From contig NC_091475.1 of assembly GCF_036971445.1 (NCBI RefSeq), positions 193,378,001 to 193,442,000 on the forward strand: DNA of 64,000 nucleotides, written 5' to 3'. Origin of the DNA: Narcine bancroftii (Eukaryota). Below, one piece after another: positions 37,285 through 50,036 of the stretch. Position 1 is the first letter of the stretch. Each line of letters starts with the position of its first letter. The notes below the pieces were generated by a model. The model worked only from the letters and a program-made list of their open reading frames with translations. It did not search any database and was not told where the DNA came from. The translations under genes and the position numbers were made by a program.

Positions 37285-37930
37285 TCCCTCCATCCCCCTG
37301 TCTGTGACCCCATTCACACAGCCATTCCCCCCCCCCTCCCCTTGTTGGCTGGTGTGCCCTCCCTTATCCACCTATTGCTTCCTGCCCGTGGGGCTGTGCT
37401 CCTCCCCCCAACTTGTTCGGGTGACCATCTACAGTTTTGCTCCTACCTTGATGAAGGCTCAAGCCCGAAATGTTGGTTTTTGTATCTTTATCAAACGGCA
37501 CTTTGACCTGCTGAGTTTCTCCAGCATTGAGCCTTTACTTCAATCGCTGCACCTGCAGACTTTCATGCATTGTGACCCCCTTGCCCGAATGGATGGAGGC
37601 AAATAAAGGGGGAATCTTTCAAGAAAGAATTGGGTAAATAGTTGGGGTTGGGGGGGGGGGGGTGGTGGGGAGAAAAAGCATTTGAAGGGTAGGAGATAAA
37701 CGTGAAAGATTGAAGATACTGGAAAACTGATGCAACACAAAATGTTGACGAAACTCAATGAGTCAGGCAGTGTCTATGGAAGGCAATACATTGTCAATAT
37801 TTTGGGCTATGACCTTTCATTAGAAAATGGCAGAAACCTGGTGGGAGAGGAGCATAGGCTGGTAGGTGATGGGTGAATGCAGATGTGTGAGGGAAGGAAG
37901 AAAAAGCATGGAAGTGAAAGTAGGAAGATG
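37285..37930. mobile_element. Two Penelope-like termini in opposite orientation (+ 37285-37570; - 37700-37930)
   Basis: TTGATGAAGGCTCAAGCCCGAAATGTT at 37448-37474 plus GACCTGCTGAGTTTCTCCAGC. A reverse-oriented degenerate copy lies at 37700-37830. Confidence 0.6.
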
Positions 37931-40900
37931 CAGAGTGAGGTTAATTCATGCAGAAAGTCTGTGTGCAGATATGGTGGCCCAACGGGCTGCATTCTGGGCA
38001 GATATGATGGTCCAACAGGCTGCATTCTGGGCTATTAGTCGGAATAGTTGGCCTTCTCGAGCATTGCAATATAATCCCATAATTTTTAGCAATGTTCAAC
38101 TGAAATTTGAAATGTTTTGGAGATTTCCTTTTGTAGTTTCAGAGTGAGTTAAACAATTATGGGGCACATCATAAATTAATGTAACTAATATGAAATTGCC
38201 ATTTTACATAATACTATATCAATATGTATAGTTTTAAAGATTAGTTGTTACATTTATAGGATGTATATATTTACAGATATTGATTTTTGCAAAGCATAAC
38301 AGACAGTTTTGTCTCTAGTCCTCGATACAATCATCTATGATTTGCCATTGCTGAGGATATGGAATTGGCATGTTGTTGCATTGTGTAGCCTGTACTTCTG
38401 CGATGTAAAACATGAAAAGCAAAAATGTACAAATGAAAAAGCAGCTGTTAAGTAAAAACTTGTGGTCAGCATAATTTCCTCAAGGTGACTGCATTTTAAA
38501 TTTGTTTTCTTAATAGTATATGCTATTAAGAGGGGAAAACCATGAAATTACTGTGAGATAGTGATTTTAGAGGATCTTGTCTAGATTTCATTTGCTAAAA
38601 CAATACTGGAAAAAAGATTTAAAAGTAACGTTCAAATTGCATATAATTGGAAGAAAATCAATTAAAGGGCTCTGGCAGAAAGCATGGGAGAAGAATTGAT
38701 AGCTTCCAGTGAATGGCTAATGAGGAATGATGCAAATAATCCAGATGCAGTCAAATAATTATATTTTCTTGAAGTCGAAGTAAAATAATGAAAACAAGAT
38801 TAAGGATCACTGCAAATGGAATAGACCAATGTAATTCACCAAGGGGCATAAAGCATAAATAGAGATTAAACAAATGAGTGATAAATGCAGTAGTGCCCAC
38901 CAGTTGTGGGAATGAGAACATTCAAATAGGATTAAACATAATTAGAAATTATAGATGGAACATCATTTAAAAGTCTAGACAATGTTTAGAAACTGACTTA
39001 GAGGACAATCGATTGAATGCAACATGAGCTATCATTTTTAAAAGTGCTAGAAATAAGATCATTTGTATTTTTTTTAAAGGGAGCATTGATTACAAAAGCA
39101 AGATATTTGTGCTGATAATTCATATAAAAGAATATTACTCAAATAGCCAGTCACACATCACACATGGGAATGATAATAAATGCTTTTGGAGTGTGCGAAG
39201 GAAACTTATCAGAGTTACAGATTTAAGATTCTCAAAATTCAAGATTCTTTTGTTGTCATGTAATGAAACAGATGTAACATTACATGAATTTGCATTTAGT
39301 CTGCTGTGTGTATAGCCTCTGCAGCCATACAGATCAGTCCAAATTATTGGCAATTCGGAAATTCTGATATGATCAGGAAGCCTTCCTTGCCCGAAGTCCA
39401 TCGGCAGTCCCTCCCACTCTCACTTCCCGGTTCTGGTACCCCTTCAGTCATTCTCCAGCAGTCAACAGCCAGGTGCGAGTCCTATGACTGCAAGTTTCCC
39501 CAGCCTGTGGCCTACATGGCTCCCTGACTCAAGATGCCAACAGCCCTTTGTCTTTGTGTTCTTTAGCCATAGAACCCCTCACTGGTCTATGGCTATGTTC
39601 ACCATTCTATAGGGTCATCTCTTCTGCTTCTCCTTCTCAAAAGAGGGTGTGTTCTCCCTATTTTCTAGTGCCCTGTGCCAGTTTTCTGCTTCCCTGGAGT
39701 CTACAACTCCGCAAGGCACCCCCATCTTGGGCTCAGACTCCACGGTTGCAGGATTTTAAAACAAAATTAGCAGGCTATTTAAGGCCTATGTGGAGCTGTT
39801 AGTAGTACGACTGGACTTTAGAGCACTGCAGAGGAGTGCTGTCTTCACTTCCCACACCAGAGGCATGGATCTTTTTAAGAAGCTGGCAAAGAGGGAGTTT
39901 AAATGGTTTATATAAAAAAGGGAATAGTTTCCTATTACAGAAATGTTAGTACTGTACTCCAGTTTCAAGGTTAAAGAACTAAATTTGAAATGAGGAAATT
40001 CAAAGTTTGGAATGCAGCCATTGTTCAGAATTAATAACTTTCAGATAGAATTTGAAAATGTTAATGTGAGAAAAAATGTGCAGGTCTGTGGAACAAGAAT
40101 AGGGATGAAATGTTCAAAGAAATGATAATTGTTTGGCTGCATTTTTCATGATATAGAAGGAAGCCATTCAGACCATTGAATTTATACTAGCTTCAAGCAA
40201 TTCCATTCTTCCCTGCATTTCCTTCTCACCTTTTCTTTCTTGTGTATCCATCAACTGCATAGTGATTGTCCTATTACAATCCTGCAACAGGAGCATTTTA
40301 TAGAGACCGACTAACCTACCAATCAGAAAAGCTTTGGGATATGGGAGAAATATTAGCCTACAGTGGGGTGAAGTACATTGTCACAAGCAAACTGCACATG
40401 CACAGAACTAAAGATTGTGAATGAGTCTGAGTCAATAAAGCTGTGCCTCAATGACCATCTGTTCTTTACATTTCTATAAGGTTTAACATTGTGCTTGTGT
40501 TAAAACAATATTCTGCAAAATTAATCCCCAAATCTTTGGAACCGAGCTTACCATGACAGGATCAATATTTATTTATAGTATCTATTAAAAAATGGCAGTT
40601 TTTTTTAATGAGAAATAATCAAAATTATCTACTCAAAAATGCAGATATTATCTTAGATCAGATCAAAAGAATTTTTACAATGTATTTGATAATCTTGTGG
40701 TCTTGATGAGTTTTTGTTTTAAATGCCAATATTGTGCAAAGACGTGAACAATTTTATTTCTCGGATTATGTGATAGAAGATGCTAATAATGAAGTGAATG
40801 ATTGTCTCTGATGTGGGTAAGGAATCAGATTTTTTTTTTAAGAAACCTGGCAGGAAATCTTTGGGAAGGTGCAGTTAATAATGACTGTCATGACCAATTG

Positions 40901-41083
40901 ATGAGAGACACTGAAAATGGTAGTATTTGCCCAAAGGTGTTTTCAGTAACTGAAAATATCCAATTTTGCAGAATAGCAATAATGGCAACAAGATCCCGAA
41001 ATTGAACCAAAAAAAAAAATTCCGCTTATAAATAGTGAGAATGTTACAGCAGATTACCTAAATTTAATCTCTATTTCAAGTAG

Positions 41084-41167
41084 GAAGGAAAAACGCCAAA
41101 GGAGTGCTTGAAAGAAGGACATTGCAAGGCTTTACAGCTTACTTTCTTTGAATGTAAAAGGTCCATG
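41084..41167 (+). CDS. COA5: COA5 exon 2
   Basis: tag|GAA GGA...TCC ATG|gtatgt = EGKTPKECLKEGHCKALQLTFFECKRSM. Confidence 0.95.
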
Positions 41168-41289
41168 GTATGTATCAATTTTAACAAGCTAATTTTTTTG
41201 CCATTTGGTTTGTATTCACAGCATGCTGCACAGGTGTACTTTATTGTGGATAGCTTGAATATTTGAGATGTTGCAGATCTTCTAATTTG

Positions 41290-42600
41290 TCTTTTTCTTG
41301 ATTTTAATATACAATAAACAATGGGCAGAGAGAATAAGGATGCATAATTAAAAAGATTACAATATACAACAATCAGTACATAATAATGGTATCTTCAGCT
41401 CCCCATACTCAGAGAAAAGAAAACACATTATAGTAAATCCCCTTGTACTAATCTAATGGAGAAGAGGAAACAACAAACATAAGAACCTGGTCCTCATCCA
41501 AAAGAGAATGATATCAGGAAGGGACAATAAATCAAAGAAATGTTAGAAATTATATCATATGAAAATATTATTTGAATGGGTGCCAAATTGCTTCAAATTT
41601 AACAGAGGGATCCAATCCAGCACTTCTAAATTTTCTAAAAGTTCAAATACGCCATGGTTTGAGAAAACCATTGAACTATATATAGTAGGCAGTGGGGGTC
41701 CAAGAGCAGTTGAGGGATTTGGTTGTAAATCAATTGCAAGGATTGCTGAAAGAGAACCAAAGACATCTTTCCAGAACCGGACAGGACCAAAACATATGGG
41801 TCAATGAAGCCACTTGCGATTTACCCCTATCGCAGATTGAATTAAAATTAGGAAATCTACAGGCAAGCTTGTCCTTGGACATATGCACCCTATTAAATTG
41901 AATAAGAAGTGCTTAGCACACATTGATGAAATACTAACTAGTTTGAGAATCTTTTCCCACATCTCTGCAGGTAAAGAATTTTGGAGCTCCTGTTCCCATG
42001 TCCTTTTGAAATTTTCAGTCAAGACTGGTCACAGTTTTAAAACCCATCTTATATGATTGCTATTAAACCCTTCAGAGAGAGATTTAAACATAAAAGAGCA
42101 TCAACCATATCCAAATGATACAACAGGGGAAAATTAGGTAACACAGCATTCAAAAAATGCCTAATTTGAAAATATGCAAATTAGGCAAGCCATATTTATT
42201 TGAAAGTTGTTCAAAGGACATAAGATGACCTTCCATGATCAGATTCCGAAAGCATATGATACCGTTGACCTTCCATTTACCAATGGCTGAAAAAAAAAAT
42301 GAGATTTTAAAAAAAGCCAGATAAATTAAATTATTTTAAATCAAAAAAACCTCCGGAACTGAAACCATATCCACAATGTATGTTTGGATACAGGATTAGT
42401 TATCCGTTTACTAACCTTAGTAAGTGAAAAAAGGGCAGTTCCCAAGAGGGAACTATTGAAAATTTCTCGACTGATTCCATTTCGAGCTTTATCCATGATG
42501 GATGTTCAAGTTTATCAGAATAATAATTTGATATGATATATCAAATAATAATTGCCCAATAGTAGAATCTATGATTGGTTAATGCCAAGCTCCCATCTAA
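41290..42600 (-). mobile_element. Decayed L1-clade LINE 3' fragment
   Basis: FKRTWEQELQNSLPAEMWEKILKLV and GSLALTNHRFYYWAI-like remnants, AT-rich. Confidence 0.7.
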
Positions 42601-45393
42601 TTTGTGCCTCATATTTAACATCTATTTTCAGTCTCTTTATTTGTTGCATATTGTAGTAACAATTAAATACCTCTGAATACAACCTTATAACCGTTTACAG
42701 CACGGAAACAGGCCATGTCGGCCCTTCAAGTCCGTACCGGTTCACTTGAACAACTCCACTAGCTCCTCTGCAAACTCCTGAGGAAGTAGAGGCTTTCTTC
42801 ATGATGCCATTGGTGTGTCACATGCTTGAGATTTTGATACCTGAAATTTAATGGAAAAATTTCTGAGTAAACATTGCAAATGTTGATGTTTTGCTACTCA
42901 GAGGTAAACACCAAATATCTTTCACAGAATCTCACTCCTTCTCTAGTACATTTCAGATGAATTCAGTGTTTGGCCTAGAGATTCTGTGTCTTGGTCTGAC
43001 ATGACCAGTTTTAACAGAATTAACGCAAATTGCTGAGATGTTTTAGAATGAGTAAGCTGTTCCCATTGCCATTTACACTGATTCAAAAGTACTGTCCCGG
43101 GTTATACCCCATATTTGGTTATTTTCTGCCAATTGTGCCTAGTCAGGATTATCCTGGCAAAATTGCGGACTCCTGTAGTCACATTAACTTAATATTTGAA
43201 CTGCATTAACCAGCAGTCAATATACCAGTTGACCCAGGTGTTTCTCTTTTCTGCATGGTACAGTTAAATTCAATGAAATGATTTACACTTGGTAACACAA
43301 AACCAGCAGTCAGTTGGAGCAAGTAAAAACGGAGAATATTGGAATTGCTCAAACTCCTGATGAAAAAGTATTAACCTGAAATGTTTTCTTCTCCACAAAT
43401 CAATTTCAAATTTATTATCATCTAACTACACATTATAATTGCATATTTATTTTAAATTAATTTTTTATGTATAATGTGTAAATATTTTGGGATGATTTAC
43501 TTGGTTACATGATACTGTTCATCAATCTCCAGGCCTGGGTGAAGAAGCTTGGCAGTCCTGATTTTGATGTGCTGGATGGAAAGGGTCTTCTTTCATTCTT
43601 TGAGCCCTATTTAAGCAATGCTCCTGGTAAATACTGTCAATAGAGGGAAGGGAGATGCCAACGATTCATGGTATAAATATTAGCAAAGCACACCCTAGAT
43701 GGGCTGAGCTCAGATTTTCACAGTTTTCTCATTTGTTTCAGATTTTGGCTATCCATAGTAATTTATTGTTGGGTTGAGCCTTGCTGGTGTGAGTTGTAGA
43801 GAACTAATCACTGCACAGAGAGGACTATCTTGCAATCTTTAACCTCACACTTGTACATGTATAAAACTTTGCCCTTGCTGTTTTATTCCCATATGCCCTG
43901 ATTCATTCACAAATGGATCAAGGTTTAATTACACATGAGTGATTTTACATGTTTTTCTGCCAGTGTGCCAATTCTAATTTCTGCAAAGCCAGACCAGTTT
44001 GAAGTCCATGTCGGTTGTACTTTTCTCAATTTAGACCAGCTATTCTCAATGGGAGCCATATGACTCTCTTGGGGGAGGCCACATCACATTTAAGGTGGGG
44101 GGTGGGGCATGGACTGAAATTATAAAATATTTTTATGCAGCTGGTAGGAGAGCAGCATGGAAGAAACCAACTAGATTGCTAATGAGGAAGGGGCCCATAA
44201 ACTTTGAGCAGAGTTTGAAGATTCAGGATTCTTTTATTATCATGTAATAAAACAGATGTAATATTATATAAAATTGCTTGTTCTCAGAGAGAGAAGCAAA
44301 AGAGTCACTGAGTACCCATGGATTTGCCTCCAGTGCTCCCGCAGCCACACAGCCTTCAGACGAAACCTGAGCTCCAGATCCAAGCCTCCAACGTGATCAA
44401 GAAGCCTTCGCACCTTCTTGCATCCCGGTTCCAATACATGGTACCCGTTTAGCCAGTCTCCAGTAGTCCGCAGCTTGTGTGAATCCTTTGACTACAACCT
44501 GCCAGCAGTCCACAGCCTCTATTCCTTGCCTCAAGCAGCCAACAGACCTATGACTGTTCACTTCAGCTGCAGAGCCCCTCTCTGTGTGTGTATGAGACAC
44601 CAAATTAACTCATCAATATCCTTTCTCCACCTTCCTCATTGCCCACTATTACACTCATTTCTGTCAGTTGCCAGCTCATTACACCATCCACACCTTCACC
44701 TAAATTATGCATTGTAAATAAGAGTTTACAGCACTAAACATTGAATAATTCCACTGGTCATAGGCAGCCACTTAATGCAAACACTCCTTCAGTGTTGCCC
44801 TCTGTCTTCAATGGGTGAGCCAATTGTGCATCCATCTCATCTCTGGACTAGCCTAACCTTCTCAAATGCTTTATTAAAGTCCATGCAGACAACATTCACG
44901 GCCTTGTACTCATCCATCACTTTTGTCATTTCTTCAAGTTAGTGAGAGATGCCCTCTCCTATACTATCATTATCCTTATGCTCACTCACTAATGGGTCCA
45001 CATTTTCCAAATGTAAGTAAATAATTTCAAAGAAGCTTCTCCAATAGTTTCTGTGTAGTTAATGTAAGGCTCACTAGCATATAATTTCCTGGATTATCAT
45101 TGTTTCCCTTCTTAAACAAAGGAGCAACAATGGCTATTCTCCAATCTTCTGTTTGCAGAGGATGCAAGATCTTGTGATTTCTTGTGACCTAGAAGGATGG
45201 CCAATAGAATCCATGCTGGATAATGGAGCAATCCCATTCCTCCACTAAGATATATCTTAGAGCACTCTCAACAATTTAAAAGGTTATGGCTGTTCTAATC
45301 ATGGCCTATATTTTTCTCTGGACGGCAGGAATGTGGTATCAAATAAATTAGAGTATTGTATATCATTAATTCCTTATGTCTTTTATTTTTAAG

Positions 45394-45435
45394 CTGGATA
45401 ACCGAGCTCGTTTCAGGGGAAGAAAAGGATACTAG
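45394..45435 (+). CDS. COA5: COA5 exon 3 (last)
   Basis: aag|CTG GAT AAC CGA GCT CGT TTC AGG GGA AGA AAA GGA TAC TAG = LDNRARFRGRKGY*. AATAAA at 45488 and 45614. Total 75 aa. Confidence 0.96.
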   Translation: MDNRARFRGRKGY

Positions 45436-45727
45436 CAAACCAACTACAATGGAGCAATGCATCAGGATTTATGTATGCCATTATAGAAATAAATTGGCAA
45501 CCCATTTTACATTTAAAAAATAATTGTATTCAATATTTTAAGTGAAAAATTGGAGATTTTTTGTTTCATTTTATTTATGCAGTTGGTCGTTTTTACTTTT
45601 GAAATTCATTTGCAATAAAAATGTCTCTGTGGGTATATTTGAAGAAAATGTTTTCAAATATTTTAACGTACATTTTTGGGAGTTAATTTTCTGTATAAAA
45701 CCTGCTATTTACACGACAGGAATAAAG

Positions 45728-45930
45728 GTGTATCCCGCTTTATGAAGATAGAGCATTCCTGAGAAACCATTTGTAAACTGAAAATTCGTAAAGCGAAGAC
45801 CCATTAACTACTTTTGGAGGCAATTTTTGTAAAAGCACAAACCCACTATAAACCCATTATAATTTCTTCATAAAAGTGAATGTGGGTTTCTTCATATAAG
45901 TGAATTTTCATAAAGAGGGGTTTATTTGTA
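45728..45930. mobile_element. Tigger-like MITE; related copy at ~55185-55386
   Basis: AGGTGTATCCCGCTTTATGAA / TTCATAAAGAGGGGTTTATTTGTA imperfect TIRs. The second copy ends TTCATAAAGCGAGGTACACCTGTA. Confidence 0.6.
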
Positions 45931-46623
45931 TGTGTACTTACAGAATATAACAATTTGGGAAAAGCTATTGAAGTGTACAAGAAATAGTTAATAAAAAATT
46001 AAAAGTTTACACTGACAAATTAATAGTCATGTGAATATAGGTAAATATATCAGCCTTTTTTTGAAAATACTATGTTCTTTTATAATTGACTTTTGTATAT
46101 ATCACATAAACAGATAAACACAAAACAAGTTGTCAACCTTATTCACACTTTATCTGCTGCCCTACACTAATTTTGATGTTGAACGATAGTGTTGTTTTCC
46201 AACCATTTGATGGTATTTATTTTGTGTAAAAGGTCTTTTATTTATGCATGCCCTTTAAGTTTCTTTTTCATGCTTCAGGTCTGTTCATTTCTTTACAATC
46301 ATTGCTCATTGCAAACATAGCAACTGTTAATACTCAACAAAATGGAAAAATTATTGATTTAATTAAATTTAAAAATCTAATTTGTTTATTTGAACTGTGA
46401 GTTCTTTGGTTTAAACTTTTGATCCTAAGTGGTATTATTACAGAGCAGAAGTTTGGTAATGTTTAAAATCTAAAATCTAAACAAAATGCCAGCAGGACAG
46501 GCAAGCATAGGCAGTAGAAAGTTGATGTTTCACATAAATGCCTTTCCATCAGGACTGGAAAGGTTAGAAATAAAGAATGTTTTAAGTTGCGAAAAATGTG
46601 GTAAGAGGAGCAGAGAGTAAAAC

Positions 46624-46974
46624 AATGAAGATAGAGAGAGAATGAAGATAGAGAGAGAATGAAGATAGAGAGAGAATGAAGATAGAGAGAGAATGAAGAT
46701 AGAGAGAGAATGAAGATAGAGAGAGAATGAAGATAGAGAGAGAATGAAGATAGAGAGAGAATGAAGATAGAGAGAGAATGAAGATAGAGAGAGAATGAAG
46801 ATAGAGAGAGAATGAAGATAGAGAGAGAATGAAGATAGAGAGAGAATGAAGATAGAGAGAGAATGAAGATAGAGAGAGAATGAAGATAGAGAGAGAATGA
46901 AGATAGAGAGAGAATGAAGATAGAGAGAGAATGAAGATAGAGAGAGAATGAAGATAGAGAGAGAATGAAGATAG
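46624..46974. repeat. 17-bp minisatellite (AATGAAGATAGAGAGAG) x ~20.6
   Basis: Perfect tandem array read directly. Confidence 0.97.
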
Positions 46975-47429
46975 GACAAAAATACTGGGCTGATAGAGAT
47001 GGTAATTCAAAATTCCTTTATTGTCATTTAATAAAACAGAAATTGTAATATTAGACAAAATTTCCTTGTCTCTGTCCCATTGAGGAAAGAAAATCTGCAT
47101 TTCCCACGTTGGCCTGATTAGCCACCTCAGAACCCATAAACCAGAGACTAAGAAAAAAAAACATTTGAAATATCTTGTAGTTTCCACTGCAATACTGTAT
47201 GGCAAATAAAAAGCCAAGAACTACTGTATTTCAGGTATTCTTATTGATCTTTATTTATGCAAATAATTTCACATTTGGTTTTCCTTTTAGGTGATATCAA
47301 ATCAATTTAATGCAGAGAAACACAAGAGCTGTAGATGTCTGGATAAAGGATCCCAATTCAAAACACAATGACTGACTATTTCAATCCATGGATGCTGCCT
47401 GACCCACAGAGTTAGTGCAAGAAGACACC

Positions 47430-49670
47430 CTAGAAAAGCAGAGTGGGCTGCCTCAATGACTCATCCTGTAGCCCTCACATTTATTGTGATGAAATGCTTT
47501 AACTCGTCCCTAAGTGAAGATCTCGATCCACTGCATTTCACTTACCGCTGTAATTGCTCCTGTAATGGATAAATATTGGGTGGAATTTGGAAAGATTAGT
47601 GGGTTATATACATATACACATTTTAAAACTGATCTTATTTTTAAATACTGAAGAATTCATATTCAGTAACATTGCAGGATCTCTGGAGAATGTTATGCAC
47701 ATTTTGCAAGTAGGTGCTAATTGAAGTGACCTTATGAAATGAATAAACCATTGTTTGGAGGAGACAAACTGGCTGTTTAAAAGTACCTACAGTGTGCTCA
47801 CAGAAAGGTCACACCTGGATTTTGTTTATCTAAAACAATAGATGGGAGCAGAGGGATAACTCCTGTTGTTTGCTGAAGAAGGTGGGGGTTTTTGCAAGTG
47901 AGAGAGTCACGTGGGCTTTCTGGCAGTTGGCAAGAGAGAGGGAGAGAAGACAAGTTCTCAGCCAGTGTGTGTGAGACACTGAAAGTCGCTGAATAGTGCA
48001 AGCCAGGAAGAGCTGGTTGGAAACAGAAAGTTCCAGAGCAGTGGATGGCTGGAAGTGCTATCTGTCTGATGTTTCTCTTGGAATAAGTGGAACAAAAAGG
48101 AACTCTGTTTGAGCCTGAAAGAAAGAGGTTACCATCTGGAGAACCCTGATGGGGCAAGTTTCATCAGCGAGACCTTGAAGTAACTAATGGTGGTACCTCC
48201 GTTGTGGAAATCATGGAACAACAAATCTGTCTCTGCAAACTCTACAAGAACCTTCATGAGCGGTAAACATTTACCTTTCGAGCACCAAAGCCTGGTGAAC
48301 TTTATACATGTTAAATTCTGTGCATAGTATAAGAATTGCCTGCAACCAGAGAACTTGGAAGAATGAGAAGTGAGATTGAACTGTGAACCAAAAAACTTTT
48401 CTTAAATTTACACACACATCATACGCATGAGCTTAGAATTTGAAGGGAGATAAGTTAAAGTTTGATTCTATTTTCATGTTTAAAATTAATTAAAAACAAC
48501 TTTTATTTAAATAACACTTGTCTTGGTGAATGTCTATTGCTGCTGGGTTTTAGGGTCCTCTGGGCTCGTAACACTCCACAGCAGATGTAATCTCACTGGC
48601 TCTCCACTCAGCCCTGAATCATATATAACAGCAACACATACATCATGCTGCCTTTAATTGATTACAGCTCAGCTTTTGACCTCAGCACTGGTCAGCAAGC
48701 TTCAAAACCTGGGCCTTTGCACTTACCTCTGCAAATGGATTCTTGACTTCCTCATTGGAAGATCGCAGTCAGTGCGAATCAATAATGTCTCTTCCTCATT
48801 GAGATCAACATAGGCGCATCTCAAAGATACATTCTTAGTCCACTCCTCTACTTTCTCTACACCCATGACTGTGACAAAGCACAATTTAAATCCCTTTTAC
48901 AAATGTGCCAACAGCACCAAGGGCTGTCAGAAGAACCACAGACGGCAGTGAGGAAGCGTTCAGGGGTGAGAGATCAGCTAGTTGAGTGATGTCACAGCAA
49001 TAACCTTGCACTCAACGTTAGCAGAACTAGGAACTGATTGTGCAATTCAGTAAGGGAAAACCAAGGGAACACTGAGGGGTCAGCACTGGAAAGGATAAAG
49101 AATTTCAAATACCTGGGTTTCAACACCTCTGAAGATCTATCCTGGGGGGCTTCATGTCGATGCAATCATGAAGAAGGCTCACCAGCGGCTATACCATTCA
49201 GACTTTGAGGAGATGTGGTATGTCATCAAAGACTCTTGCAAATTTTTACAGCTGTACAGTGTAGAGCAAACTAAGTAGTTGCATCACTGGTACAGAGGTG
49301 CCAATGCACAGGACAGGTAAAGGCTACAGAATATTGTGAACTGGGCCAGTGCCATCAGGGGCACTAGTCTTCACTCCAAGGACATAAAAGAGGTGGTGTA
49401 TCAAGGACCCTCACCGCCAGGCCATGCCTCTTCACACTGCTACTATCAGGAAGGAGGTATGAAGCCTGAAGATGAACATCCAGTGGAACAAAATCAGCTG
49501 CTTCCCCTCTGCCATCAAATTTATGAATAGACAATGAACCATAGTCACTACCATGCCTTTTCTTTTGCACAGATGTATTTATTTTAAAATGTAATTTATA
49601 CCAATTTTTGCACCTGTAATACTGTCACAAAATTTTGTGACATGTACATGACAATTCATTCTGATTCTGT
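47430..49670 (+). mobile_element. Decayed Rex1/Babar LINE interrupted by a solo LTR
   Basis: PVALTFIVMKCF, LDPLHFTYR and LSPLLYFLYTHDC remnants; ATTCTGATTCTG tail. Confidence 0.75.
47561..48573 (+). mobile_element. Solo LTR, family A, copy 6
   Basis: TGTAATGG...CGTAACA termini, TSD CTCC (47557-47560 / 48574-48577). Confidence 0.85.
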
Positions 49671-49895
49671 CCTTCCACTTTCTCATTTGTTCACAGATTT
49701 CGTAGTTATTTTGCTATCAATGGCATCCTCTGCCACATGAGGGGAGTACATGAGTAAATACGTGTTCCATCCATACTAGTTACCTTCCTACCCATCCTGT
49801 AGAGGTGTCTGGTATCCTTTATGTTTCAGATGGTTGGCATGACAGCTCCCTTTTTTTTAATCAATCTTAGTGGAATGATACACAGCCAATGGAGT

Positions 49896-50036
49896 TGTAC
49901 TGACAATAACCACACCAGTAGTGTGAGTATGGGACAGCTTTAATAAACTAATATGTACACTAAGAGGTCTTGTCTCTCTGCAAGACGAACCTGGAAGGCG
50001 AGACTGTACCTCTGGACTGCTTTACATACCACCACA
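49896..50036 (-). mobile_element. Short solo LTR, family B (internally deleted)
   Basis: TGTACTGAC...CACCACA with 5-bp TSD GGAGT. Reverse complement of 54090-54277. Confidence 0.75.

Noticed and set aside
37036-37506. 156-aa ORF as a long COA5
   Set aside because: Non-ATG start and read-through into intron 1; only 37138-37239 matches COA5.
46530-47217. 149-aa and 211-aa repetitive ORFs (SSFSLYLHSLSIFILSL)n
   Set aside because: Translation artefact of the 17-bp tandem repeat (3 units = 17 codons).
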